NCBI RefSeq assembly: GCF_000315625.1
Contig: NW_005434576.1
Coordinates: 124,001 to 188,000, forward strand
Source: Guillardia theta CCMP2712
Lineage: Eukaryota > Protista > Cryptophyta
Direction: 5' to 3'
DNA length: 64,000 nucleotides
The notes under the pieces were generated by a model. The model made no database searches. It saw only the letters and a list, made by a program, of their open reading frames with translations, and had not been told where the DNA came from. The translations under genes and the position numbers were made by a program. Every line of letters begins with the position of its first letter. Position 1 is the first letter of the stretch. Shown piece after piece: positions 13,137 through 25,426 of the stretch.

Positions 13137-13791
13137 GGGCTAGGCGTCTGAGCTGCAGGCTATTTAAGCATGCTGCTGCTGCTGATGATGACGATGATGA
13201 TGGTGGTGGTGGTGGTGGTGGTGGCGGTGGCGGTGGTGGTGATGATGAGGAGGAGGAGAGGAAGGGGGGGGGGGGGGGAAGGGGCAGGTGGTTGTGGTAG
13301 AGGAGGAGGAGGTACTACCTCAAGAGGTTAACCGTGGCAGAAGTCGCGGTATCCCTGATGATCCTTACACCATCACAAAATTGTTGACCTTCGGCACCGA
13401 GTAAGAGCGGCACATGCTTCCTGTCAAGTCATCTTGTCTCGACCTCTGCTCTCGCTGCCCTGCTCTCGATATCACCTCCCTCACTTGACGGCCCTCGTTC
13501 CTTCCTCCTATGTTCCTCTTGCCCTTCCTTTCATATTTCTCTCCTCTCCTTTCCTTCTTGGTCTCCTCGTTTCTCCCCTTCTCCTCCTCCTCTCTTCTCA
13601 TCTTCTCCCTCCCTCTCCTTCTCCATCACAACTCTCCCCTACTTCTCCTTCTCCTTCTCCTCCTTATCATGACGTCCTATCGTGCTGGACGCATTTCTTT
13701 CGGCAAGAGTGGTCGCATAATACATAGGATGTATCAGATGTATCCTTAAGGATACCAGGTATGAGGGGGATGATAAGAGGACCTCGGTGAG

Positions 13792-14730
13792 ATGGCGAAG
13801 GAGCAAGTGGTTCGAGCGCTGATAGAGCTCGGCTTCGATGCTGAGAGGAGCGAGGCAGCGGCAGAAGCATGCGGAGACAGCGTGGAAGCGGCGGTTGCAT
13901 GGCTCGTGCAAAGAGGCGAGCAGGGGAGCCAAGGGAGAGGAGCGAGCGGACAAGCTGTTTCTGGTGGACCCGGCGGACAGGTTTCGGAGGAGAGAAGCCG
14001 AGCTGAAGCGAGAGACGAGCAGATTGATGCTGTGGGCAGCGAGGGTCCTGTCGTGGATCAATCGGGAGGGAACGTGTGGAGTGTGGTTGGAGGTTGGCCA
14101 GAGGACCCCCTGGTTTGTCTTGCAGACACGAATCAATTCAATTTGCATGATACGGGAGATGGTTGGGTTGTGATGCATGCGACTATGGGTCAACCTCTTC
14201 TATTCATTGCGGAGACCAGCACATGGTATGGGAAGATGTTCGCAGGGGGAGCAAGAGAGGTTGAGTACATTCTTACCGATGTGGGGCGTCGGCCAATCGT
14301 CAAGATATCGAAAGCTTTCGGTTTTTTCTCGCAGGAAGCTAAGGTTTCTTACATTGTAGCACCAGAAAACGCCATCCTGGCGGACCGCTTGTCGATAGGC
14401 TCCATCAAGCAAGAGACTACGTTCTCACGTCGCACATTCCTTGTCTCGGATTCAACTCCGCATCATGCTGCTGGCGACGTCACCATAGAAGCTCCCAGCT
14501 TTGCAGACAAGCCCTTCACGATCAAGCTCGGGGACAGTACTCTTGGTACCATCATGCAGCCGAAAAATGGACTTGGCGTCGCCTCAATCTCTCTGCATCC
14601 GAACGCGTTGGATCCTTTCCGGTCAAACAGGATGAGAGCGCTTTTGATCGCGGCTGCTGTAATCATCAGTGACGTCCATTGGGGCATGTCGCCTGGCCCA
14701 GCGACTATCTTGAAAGCTCTGCCGCATTAG
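13792..14730 (+). CDS. UBA domain + scramblase/LURP-one (tubby C-like) protein
   Basis: Uninterrupted 312-aa ORF. N-terminal LIELGFDAERSEAAAEACGDSVEAAVAWL is UBA-like. A beta-rich region ends in the helix RMRALLIAAAVIISD typical of scramblase/LURP folds. Confidence 0.7.
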   Translation: MAKEQVVRALIELGFDAERSEAAAEACGDSVEAAVAWLVQRGEQGSQGRGASGQAVSGGPGGQVSEERSRAEARDEQIDAVGSEGPVVDQSGGNVWSVVGGWPEDPLVCLADTNQFNLHDTGDGWVVMHATMGQPLLFIAETSTWYGKMFAGGAREVEYILTDVGRRPIVKISKAFGFFSQEAKVSYIVAPENAILADRLSIGSIKQETTFSRRTFLVSDSTPHHAAGDVTIEAPSFADKPFTIKLGDSTLGTIMQPKNGLGVASISLHPNALDPFRSNRMRALLIAAAVIISDVHWGMSPGPATILKALPH

Positions 14731-15197
14731 CCTGTTGCAATATCCGACAAGAAATCTTGTTGCTCTCATTTACCTCGTCGGCCGGGCCCAGTCAATCGCC
14801 GCACATGAATTCAGCTGAACCGTTAATAATGATTGACCCGGGCAGAGTCTGTAAAAAGTAAAAAAACCAGTGATCGGGTGTCACTGTGTAGTTTTCGAGT
14901 TTCCAGGCCGTGGAATTCAAAGCCGTAGCTGGCCCAGTGGTCACTGGTGAGATCGGTGCCATGATAGTAACTTGACTGTGACTCCGAGGCTCAGCAGTTC
15001 CGAGTCAAGTGACCAGTGAGTCGGGACGGCAAGTTGACAGCCGCACTGACTCGTACTAGAGTCGAAGTATGGAGACATCATTCTTCAGTGAATGAAGCGG
15101 CTGCCCGCCACTGGCAGCCCTGCTGATCGGCGGCGGGCCCGGCGGGCCAAACGACGGTTTCGCCAGGCCTATTATCCCCTCCGACGCGAGCCCAGTT

Positions 15198-15261
15198 GCT
15201 TCCAAGTACCGGGTAGTCATGGTCTCACAGCTTCCAAGTACCGGGTAGTCATGGTCTCACA
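15198..15261. repeat. Exact 32-bp tandem duplication in the upstream GC-rich island
   Basis: gcttccaagtaccgggtagtcatggtctcaca x2, followed by a partial third copy (aagtaccgggt). Confidence 0.9.
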
Positions 15262-15370
15262 GGGCAAAGTACCGGGTCAGTAAAGCACCATAATTCCCAT
15301 TTAGGTACCCGTAGTAGCCTCCACCCAGAGCCCGGAGCAAATTTCCTTTATTTTGGCAACACGTCAGCCC

Positions 15371-16813
15371 ATGGCGAACCAGAGCAGGCGCATGCGCGCG
15401 AATGGGATCTGAGCTGGGCTAGAAGTGGAAGGAAGTAAGGCAAGAGCATTCTTTGAAGCATTTCTCTGCTACATAGCTCTTCAATCTTGTATCAGCGTGC
15501 CATACTCATCTGCATTTCTGCCAAAGGAGCTGCCCCGCACAAACTTCGCCAGCGAAGATGAGCGGCAATATTCAGAGCGTGGAGGTTGCTCCTCAGCCTC
15601 CTCCGTTCTCACCTCCTGTCCCCGTGGGTTCGGACTCGTCGAACTATGGCTCGGGGATCCTAGAGGATACGACATTGGACGAGCCTGTGCTGGACACAGT
15701 GAAAAGAGATTTGGGGATGGTCTGGACCAAGTTAACGAAAGTGATGATGCCTTCGAGGGATACACGGGATGAGCTACGAAACTGGTGAGTCCTGTGCTGG
15801 ATGATTTCTTGCTCTGATCTCCGTTCACGCATGCAGGGATTTGTGGGGGCCTCTTTTTCTTTGTTTGATCCTCGCAATTCTACTCAGCATCGATGAATCT
15901 GGGAACATACAAGAGAGCACGAACAGAGATCGACCTGCGGTTGTCTTCTCCGTCATGCTGTTGGTGAACACTTACATGTCGTTGAGGGCATTCTCTGTTA
16001 ACTTGAATTTCGCGTGTTTCAGGTTGTTTGGGTTGGAGCTGTTGTTGTGACAGTGAACGCGAAGCTATTGGGAGGAAATGTATCATTTTTTCAGGTTCTC
16101 TTTCACTTGTCATGGAGATCTCATGAGATTTTTTGATGTACATGACTGATTGAATTGTTCCATAGAGATTTGTGGTGAGCGATATCGTTGACTCCGTGTG
16201 TCACAGAACATTTGTCTGCTGGGGTACTGCGTGGCTCCGATGATTCTTGCCACTTCGCTTTGTATGATCGTCCGTGTCTCCATCCCCGACCAGGTTGTGA
16301 TGTTTTCCCAGCAAGATGCTGTGACTGATGGTTGGAACAGTACTATTACTGCACTGAAATCAAAGTCCTCAACCTGCAGAATGTCACAGACCCAAGGACT
16401 ATCCGTTGCAATGTATCCTCTTCTCGCGACGTCCTCTTCTTGCTCTGACTAGACTCCCACAGGGCTGGTCGGACGTCACGACATGCCCAGCTGGACGTCA
16501 GTGCGACGTCATCAAGGTCCCGACCATGTCGCCCGTTTGCCTTCGAGTTGGTTGACGCCTACGGCAGACTGGCGTTGCGAACGTTATTCTCCGCCTGCTC
16601 TTCTCCCTGGGAGGGATGCTGTGGTCCTTGCGGTCTTCTCTGGGTTTTCTCTCTGAGGTTATTGCCCGTTGTAACATCATGGCATGAGCGCTGACTGAGA
16701 TGCTTCATGGGCAGGTGGTTGTTCCTCAGAGGCGCGCACTGGCTGCATACCCAGTCTTGCTGTTCTTCACTGCTATCACATGGATGATCATGTTAAGAAC
16801 AAGCTCTGCATAA
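15371..16813 (+). CDS. YIPF6: Yip1-domain Golgi/ER membrane protein, YIPF6-like (5' exons uncertain)
   Basis: TLDEPVLDTVKRDL, ELRNW/DLWGPLFLCLILA, VVWVGAVVVTVNAKLLGGNVSFF/QNICLLGYCVAP and RRALAAYPVLLF are Yip1 motifs; TAA at 16811-16813. Confidence 0.88.
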
Positions 16814-16924
16814 TCTTTAAAGTACAGTTACTTGATACTACCACACATCGAATGAACACCTCACCGTTCAACGGTTACCGTACATACCGGCCGGGCCCGG
16901 CACGCTAGTCAGTGATGGGGGCAA

Positions 16925-16948
16925 AACTTCGACTCCTCTGAGGCGAGT
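16925..16948 (+). repeat. 24-bp direct repeat, left copy (TSD-like)
   Basis: aacttcgactcctctgaggcgagt, identical and in the same orientation as 28479-28502; abuts the left inverted repeat. Confidence 0.92.
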
Positions 16949-17110
16949 CCGGGATGGGTTGTCAAGAAGAGTGAAATCCGTTGCTTCACCCCATCATGGC
17001 GCCAAGATGGCGGGGAGCCGCAGCGCTGCTCGTCATGCGGCTGACGATGGTGATGGGGCAGACGCCAGCAGGCCGAGCAGGTAGGAGGATAGCTGGGGAG
17101 TGAGGAGAGG
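16949..17110 (+). repeat. Terminal inverted repeat, left arm (5' UTR, ATG, signal-peptide exon, intron start)
   Basis: ccgggatgggttgtcaagaagagtg...gtgaggagagg is the reverse complement of ~28317-28478 with about two substitutions. Confidence 0.92.
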
Positions 17111-20100
17111 ACATGTCAAATCCTGTCCATCTCAGGGTACTCCCTCGGAAGCACATCTCAAACGAGCCTTGCAAGCGACTATACAACATTGGCTGGAGGT
17201 AAGGGTCTGTACCGATCTGTCAATCATCTGTCGAACATCAAGGAGGAAGGGGAATGACGTTGTCACTGCAGCTGTGATATCCTCGGACCCGACAACGTCT
17301 TACCAGTTCACCGTGGAGGCATGGGTGAAACTTGAGCCAGTATCGTCCTCTTCGTACGTGGGCGTTGTTGTGGGAGGCATCGACAGTGTGTCATCGGGAA
17401 CATGCACATCCATAAGTGGTAAGAGACTGCGACACGTCGTTGACACACACGAGAGCACTCTCCTCATCGATCATGAAACTTTCAATCTCCTCTCGGTGTG
17501 CTGGGTTTCGGACAGAGTGAAAGGCATTTGCACATATTCGTCCTCCATCCTCACGATTTCTTCTCATCCTGTAACGTCGATTTTTTACTTCCAGGAAGCT
17601 GCTCCAATCCAGTTCCCCTCGGTGGTTGTTCCTCGAACTGTAGTTTATCCACCGTGACATCTCAGAAGTGTGACTTGTCAAAAATCGTGAAAAGTTCGAA
17701 TCCTGAGAAAGGCTCTGGCAGATCATTCATGTTGTACTGCGGAGGACAAAATCAAGCCAGCGGACATTGCGGTATGATTGTTGTGTCAACATCACTGTCC
17801 TTTTGGCCTTGATTACATATGTACAGGACTTGCCGTCGTCAACACCAAACTTGTACAGGAAAGAAATGGAACTGAAGCAAGCATGTTGCTTCTGATTCTT
17901 GTTTGCACCAGATCACCACAGGACCGAACTCGATCCCGATGTCAACCTGGAACCATATTGCCGGTGAGGACGTCTTGTGGTCGAAAGCACGGGCAGAAGA
18001 TGACATCTCATGTACACGGTAGCTTCTTTCATTAGTGGTTCTTTCAAGGTGAAGAAACACACCTTAACTTGGATCGAATGATCAGCTTTATCGGCATGAC
18101 ATCTGAAATGGCTGAACAGATTTATCTCAACGGCGCCCTAAAGGATTCTTTCACATTCAGCACTCTGTCGAGCATCCAAGGTTTACATGCTTTTATTCTG
18201 ATTCTGTCAGTTGACATGCTGGTTTTCTTGTTGTCTTGTTTCCAAAGGTTCACATTCTCTCTCAATTGCAAGTAGAAAGACACTTGTAAGATAAAGGAGG
18301 GAGGCAGGGAGGCAGGGAGGCAGGGAGGCGGGCAGGAAGGGATGCAGGGAACGAGGGAGGGAGGGAAAGAGCACGTCGATTCAAAGAATGAAAACATTGA
18401 AGTTATGGACAATCAGGGAAGCGGGTTTGGATATGGCTGCTTCAGCGGCTCGTTGGATGAGATAAGAATATGGAAACAGGTAAGCTCTCAATCCAGATAG
18501 TGCAGGGAATGATGATCCTGATCGCGATGACCATTCTGACGGAGATCATGCGAATTGATGATAATGAAACGTGTCGTTAGCGTTTCTGATCGATCTGATC
18601 AGTTATGCTCCAGGTACGAAATCCTCAACAGACCATGATAGACATGCTGGATACTTCAGCAAAGGTCACAGACCTTGTGTATTACTGGTAGATGACATTC
18701 TACTCCCAATACCTCTATCAAGAAGTAAGCGTGATATTGCATTTTCCATTGATACAAGCTGGCAGGCAATTCAACGAGGGGGTCAAGGTTCAGAACTCAA
18801 CTGGAAATCGTGTCATCATCGAGGGGATAACGGTCAGTGGGTCTAAGAGGGCTATGAAATCTTGAATACCATCTCACGTGATTGTTCAAGGGGACTCTTA
18901 TGACTATCTCAACTATTCCAACATTCCAAACTCAACCCGTTGGTAAAGTCTTCGTTCCCCTCCTCTTCTCCACCGGGTCTTATGTGACCGTGTCTTGTCT
19001 TGTCTTGTCTTGTCTTGTCTTGTCTTGTCTTGTCTTGTCTTGTCTTTCTTTCTTAACCCTTCTCCATTGATGAATCAGACTTGCTCTGATAACTCACAAA
19101 TGGTGATATGGGTATATCAACATCCCCTTCAAATCTACACACCCACCCTTTTTTTTTCTGATACAAGTTTTTTCAGTTGACGGAGCCACGTACATTGACA
19201 GACCAGCAAAGGCAGTGATCAGCGCAATCTCCGGTTGTACTTTGACAACTCTCCAAAACGGCAACATTGTCATCACATACAGGTCATCCACTCGTTTGCT
19301 ATGCTAAGCACGACGACACATTTTTTCGACAATCTTCAACTGTTTGTTATCGTCTTTGATGTTCCACATGACCGAATGTCACTTATACTCATCTCAACCC
19401 TCTCGTTTCCTCCTTCATGGCTACATCTCTCCCCGACCTTGATTTCCGATTCCTGTTTGTTCACTTGCTCTCTAAAAGTTTTTTCTCTACAGCCTGGGGG
19501 TCGAAGGGAAATGGAAAATTGCTCTCAGCGATCAGAACCCCAACGACGGCATCTCCATCTCTGATCCTCCTTTTCTTCCAGCCCCATATGGCATTCCGCA
19601 GGTGAGGAGTAAGGAACAGGAGCAGGGAAGAGGGGGAAGAAATGTGCAGAAGTCTTACGACGCAAACTATGCAGGATGCAACTTTCAGTGATACTGGAAC
19701 TGCTCCTTGTGTTGGCAGCACTCCTCCTTGTCTTCCTAGTTACTGCAACGGGAATGCCGAATGTCCTGTAAAATCTCCTTCTCTTCTCTTCCTCCTTATT
19801 CCATTCCTCGTCCTCCCTCGTCTACTCGCGTCCCTCCTCCATTTCATCCTCCTCTTCTCATTACCTCCCTATGCTTTTGCCTGCTGTCATCGTCCCCTTC
19901 CTACTGCTCTCCTTGCCCCTCCTTCCTCTCTCCTCCCTCTGCTTCGCCCGCCTCCTCCCTGACGCTTTTGGTCCTGCGTGCAGCCCAACCAGTTGATCGG
20001 TTCCTACATAGAGAGAGTTCTCACCTGGAACCCTCAGAACAACGCGGGCTGGGTCGTTCCTGCTGGGGGTTTTGAAATTCGAATCTCCTCAATTGAGAGG

Positions 20101-22762
20101 CCGACAAGTGGAAACTCGGCACAGATTCCAGCTCCCCAACGCACCATCCTCGTTCCTACTGTCTTCCTCTTTGTGCAGGTGGGTAGGAGAACATACAAGA
20201 GACGAGGAAGAGGACGACAAGAGGGAGGAGCGGAGGAGGCAGAGCGGAGAGAGGAGAGAGGAGAGAGGAGAGAGGAGAGAGGGGAGAGGAGAGAGGAGAG
20301 AGGAGAGAGGAGAGAGGAGAGAGGAGGGGAGAATTGCAGTGGCAGAAGGGAAGGAAGCGAGCTAGATAATGATTTCTCCCAGGCCAATCCAGAGTTTGTG
20401 AGTCCAACACCTGGAGGGCAGGTGATGATCCAAAAACATCTTACGGCTCCCCTCAAACCTCCTCGCATCCCTTCTCCCCTCCTCTTGCACGGCCCCCCCC
20501 CTGACGTCCATGTGGACAGGATACAGCCGCCTTCGTCTTCACGTCCTACATCGGAGAGGAAGTAGCGTTCACCATTCGGGTGCAGCAGCGAAACTTCGGG
20601 CAGCAGGTGGATATAGTCACCGCTGAGGTACAGGACTCTGCCTCCTCATACTCCTCCTCCTCCTCGTATTCCTCCTCCTCCTCCTGGTACTCCTCCACGT
20701 ACTCCACCTCCTCCACGTACTCCTCCTCCTCCTCCTCGTACTTGTCCACCACCATCACCTCCTCCTCCTCCTCCTCCTCCTCCTCCTCCTCCTCCTTCCT
20801 CTCCTTCTGCCCCCATCCCTTGACGAGCTATTTCTTCCTCCAGGACCCTGGCCAACCAAATGGAGCTGTGACGTCAGCGCAAGAGGAGCAGGTCGCAACT
20901 GCCTCAACTCCATACTATGCGCAGAGATCGTAAGAGGCCAACATGCTGTGATGAGCCGCTGACACCTGACCATTCGATCAACTTCACCTTGACTGCTCCC
21001 TCCGTCCAATTTCTTTCTCCTCCCCTCTTCAATTTCTCCTTTACGGTTTTATCCTGCCCCTCTCCTCTCCTCTCCCCATCTCCTCCTCTCCTCCTCCTCT
21101 CCTCCTCCTCTCCTCCCCTCCTCTCCTCCTCCCCTCTCCCGTAGATTCTCCTGGACCCCCGTCTGCCAGCAGGCTGGTCTCGCTCGTGTCCTCTTCCTCG
21201 TCACCAGCCGAGAGGTTCCCTCCCTCAGCATCTCCAAGCTCATCCACATCGACGTCGTCACGCCGCAGCCCGTGATCCTCAACATCTCGACCTCGAGCAG
21301 GTGAGGCCGCGAGGGCTGCGAGAGGAGGAGGAGACAGAGCTGACGAGAGGGGGCGAGGACAGTCAGATGCGGGTAGGATGCGAGATGATGCTGGAGGTAC
21401 AAGCGGCGGACGGGAGGGAGGAGACGAGGAGGAGGAACAACTCGGCGTACGGGCAGGACTTCAACTTCACCATCTGGCGGTGGGACGCGGGGAGGACGAC
21501 GAGGACGGCGATGCCGCTGACGACAGCGGGGGTGAGCATAGGGGGGGCAGAGGCGAACGCGTACAACGGGACGACGGGGAGGTAGGCGAGAGGCGGAGAC
21601 GAGGAGGGGGGAAGGGAGGAGAGGGGAGGGCAGGAGGGCGGGAGACAAGCAGGGGAGGAGAGGGGGCAGGGAGCTGACGAGGGAGGGGACGCAGGCTGAT
21701 GTGGAAGCCGGTGAGGGGGCAGGAAGGAGGAGAGTACGAGATCTGCATGGTGGTGAGAGATGGATGTCACGTGGGGGTGCCGGCGGAAGGCTGCGTGAAC
21801 ATGAGCATCGCCAAGTGCCAAGCGTGTCTGGCAGCTGGGGACTCGCTGGAGGGGCTGGCGCGGCAGTACCGGACGGACTTCTTGTCCTTGTACACGTTCA
21901 ACGTCGGGCTGGGTAAGGAAGGGGAGAGGCAGGGGGAGGGTGCGGGGAGGGGAGCGAGAAGGGGAGAAGGGACTGACAAGGAGGGGCAGGTAACCCAGAC
22001 AGCGTCACGGTGGATCGACCGATCAACGTGGGCTTCCTCTACCGGGTGAGTCAAGAGGAGGAGGGGGAAGGAGGAGCTGAGAGGGGAGGGGCACAGGTGA
22101 AGGAGGGGGACACGCTGGACGAGCTTGGGAGGACGTTCTTCACGGAGATAGGAAGTCTTCTTGAGGCGAGGAGGGAGGAGGAGGGGGAGGAGGAACGAGA
22201 GGGGAGGAGGGAGGGGGAGGAGGGGAAGGACGAGCTGCGAGGGAAGGGGGACGTGGAGGGAAGGGGGATCGGAGGGAAGGGGGAAGGGGGAGGGGCTGAG
22301 AGGAGGAGGTGCAGGTGAACAGCGACATCGCGGAGAGGAACAACATTGCTACGGAATACTGGAGGGGAGGCACGGTTGTAGCGGGTAAGAAGGGGAGAGG
22401 GGGCTGAAGGGAGGAGGGGGCTGAAGGGAGGAGGAGGAGGAGGATGAGGATGAGGGCGAGGGCGAGGGCGAAGAAGAGGATGTTGACGAGCAAGAGAAGG
22501 AGGACAAGGAGGAAAAGGAAGGAAGAGCAGGAGGACGAGGAGCAGTACAAAGAGAGGGACAGAGAGAAGGGAGGAGGAAGGGGAGGACTTGAGGGGGAAG
22601 AGTGAAGGAGGGAGATTGCAATAGCTCTCTGACGTGAGAGGAGGAGCAGGGAACGTGAGTACTGTTATCATCTACCCCGGAGAAGATATCTGCATCGTCA
22701 ATATGATGTGCCACGTTCAATGTGACAATACTGGTTGCTTGTCCACTCAGACCTTCGTCTGA
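16996..22762 (+). CDS. Large secreted protein A: signal peptide, LamG/concanavalin-like domain, Cys-containing beta repeats, two LysM domains
   Basis: Signal peptide MAPRWRGAAALLVMRLTMVMG; LamG motifs YQFTVEAWVKL, IYLNGALK, FSGSLDEIRIW; LysM-like CLAAGDSLEGLARQYRTDFLSLYTFN and VKEGDTLDELGRTFFTEIGSLLEVN...IYPGEDICI; stop 22760-22762. Confidence 0.75.
21141..22442 (+). repeat. Internal inverted repeat, left arm (~1.3 kb of exons and introns)
   Basis: Near-identical reverse complement of ~23404-24698, including introns, with scattered substitutions (e.g. EICMVV vs EICVVV). Confidence 0.92.
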
Positions 22763-22896
22763 TGTACTCTTGTTACTTGCTCCCACTCCTCTTCCTCTCT
22801 CTCTCCCTCGTCCTCTTCCTCTTCCTGGTCCTACTTCACTCTTGAATTTTGTTTTCATGTACATAAATGCCTCCTGATGGTTGTAACGAGATGGGA

Positions 22897-23013
22897 GGAG
22901 AGAAGAGGAGAGGAGAGGAGTGGAGAGGAGAGGAGAGGAGAGGAGAGGAGAGGAGAGGAGAGGAGAGGAGAGGAGAGGAGAGGAGAGGAGAGGAGAGGAG
23001 AGGAGAGGAGAGG
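22897..23013. repeat. (AGGAG)n microsatellite between the convergent LysM genes; representative of many simple repeats, e.g. (GTCTT)n ~18991-19044, (GGACA)n ~38146-38205, (GAGCAG)n ~59219-59333, (CAT)n ~57942-58019
   Basis: Direct inspection of the sequence. Confidence 0.95.
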
Positions 23014-23157
23014 ATGAGATAAAATGAAAGGTGAACATGACGCGACTGAGAGTGGAGGATGGCTTATTTTCTGACACAGGTCAAGAACGATCCAACAAGA
23101 CATGACTGCAGGATTCAATCTTTCGTGTCTGCTCTTACTATACAACATGTACAACAT

Positions 23158-25383
23158 TCATCTCAGCTTGCACTCTGACGACGAGCATTCCACTCTACAC
23201 ACGGAGGAGACAACGCAGACCTGACAAGAAAGCATGTGACAACACTGAGACAGCAGCATGATGTTTCTATCATCACCTTCTCGCCAGGTAGGATGAGAAT
23301 ACTGCTCGTGTTCCCTCCTACTCTCTCCGAGTCAACACATCCTCCTCCTCCTCCTCCTCCTTTTTCCTCAGCCTCAGCCTTTTGCCACTTCCTCTTCATC
23401 CCTCTCCTCCTCCTCCTCCCTTCAGCCCCCTCCTCCCTTCAGCCCCCTCTCCCCTTCTTACCCGCTACAACCGTGCCTCCCCTCCAGTATTCCGTAGCAA
23501 TGTTGTTCCTCTCCGCGATGTCGCTGTTCACCTGCACCTCCTCCTCTCAGCCCCTCCCCCTTCCCCCTTCCCTCCGATCCCCTTCCCTCTCAGCTCGTCC
23601 TTCCCCTCCTCCCCTCCCCTCCCCTCTCGTTCCTCCTTCCCTCTCCTCCTCCCTCCTCGCCTCAAGAAGACTTCCTATCTCCGTGAAGAACGTCCTCCCA
23701 AGCTCGTCCAGCGTGTCCCCCTCCTTCACCTGTGCCCCTCCCCTCTCAGCTCCTCCTTCCCCCTCCTCCTCTTGACTCACCCGGTAGAGGAAGCCCACGT
23801 TGATCGGTCGATCCACCGTGACGCTGTCTGGGTTACCTGCCCCTCCATGTCATGCCCTTCTCCCCTTCTCGCTCCCCTCTCCGCTCCCTCCCCCTGCCTC
23901 TCCCCTTCCTTACCCAGCCCGACGTTGAACGTGTACAAGGACAAGAAGTCCGTCCGGTACTGCCGCGCCAGCCCCTCCAGCGAGTCCCCAGCTGCCAGAC
24001 ACGCTTGGCACTTGGCGATGCTCATGTTCACGCAGCCTTCCGCCGGCACCCCCACGTGACATCCATCTCTCACCACCACGCAGATCTCGTACTCTCCTCC
24101 TTCCTGCCCCCTCACCGGCTTCCACATCAGCCTGCGTCCCCTCCCTCGTCAGCTCCCTCGCCCCCTCACCCTCCCCTGCTAGTACTAACAGACCACCAAG
24201 ACAACCCCATAACCTCACTTCCCCCCTCATCGTCTCCGCCTCATCGCCTACCTCCCCGTCGTCCCGTTGACGCGTTCGCCTCTGCCCCCCCCTATGCTCA
24301 CCCCCCGCTGTCGTCAGCGGGCATCGCCGTCCTCGTCGTCCCTCCCCCCCCCCCCACCGCCAGATGGTGAAGTTCCCCCCCCCCCCCCGTACGCCGAGTT
24401 GTTCCTCCTCCTCGTCTCCTCCCTCCCGTCCGCCGCTTGTACCTCCAGCATCATCTCGCATCCTACCCGCATCTGACTGTCCTCGCCCCCTCTCGTCAGC
24501 TCCTCTGTCTCCTCCTCTCGCAGCCCTCGCGGCCTCACCTGCTCGAGGTCGAGATGTTGAGGATCACGGGCTGCGGCGTGACGACGTCGATGTGGATGAG
24601 CTTGGAGATGCTGAGGGAGGGAACCTCTCGGCTGGTGACGAGGAAGAGGACACGAGCGAGACCAGCCTGCTGGCAGACGGGGGTCCAGGAGAATCTACGA
24701 GAGAGGAGAGGAGGAGAGGAGAGGAGGAGAGCAGGAGAAGAGGAGGAAGGGAAAGCAAAGGGGGTTAGGGCAAGTCGGGAGGGGACACGAGGAGGAGAGG
24801 GGAGAAGAGATGAAGTCGATAGTATCAGGAGGTGAAGGGACAGGATAGGGAAAGCAACGTATCAGTGGCTTATCGTCGGTTTGGATGTCTTGTTACCTCT
24901 GACCGACTTCGACGGGTTCACTTGCTGATCTTGTTTGTAAATTTGTTGTGAGATTGGAGAACGTGGCATAAGATGGACTTCCATATATCTGCAGCACGGC
25001 AAAGTCAGTGACGGATACTGTTCTTGTTCTTTGTTATGAGGCAAGTTGGGTTGAAAGCGGGTGTTTGGTCTGCCTTTGTGATCGATGATGCAGATTAATC
25101 TTACCTCGTCAATGCTAAAGATAACTTGTTGATCAACATTGCGCAACAGGACTTGAATCATGAAGTTGAGGTTGTCTCCGATGTACATGAGCATTTCGAA
25201 AGGCTGAGAGCTCTGCATGAAGAGAGTTAGAGGAGAAGAGTGCTTGCTACTTGTGTGTACGTTTCCTCCGGGTGTTGGATAAGTGAACTCCAGCGGCAAC
25301 TGAAAGGAAGGCGAATTCAGTTTGAGACCACGAGATATGGCCCAGAACAAAGCAGCAGATAAATCCAGCAAAGGAGGGCTAGA

Positions 25384-25426
<43 letters not shown>

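Noticed and set aside
15198-15280. 32-bp repeats resembling a CRISPR array
   Set aside because: Head-to-tail copies without spacers, eukaryotic context and no cas genes.
24180-24390. Frameshifts suggesting gene B is a pseudogene
   Set aside because: The differences from gene A are mostly poly-C runs replacing mixed sequence, consistent with base-calling error; cannot be called without reads.
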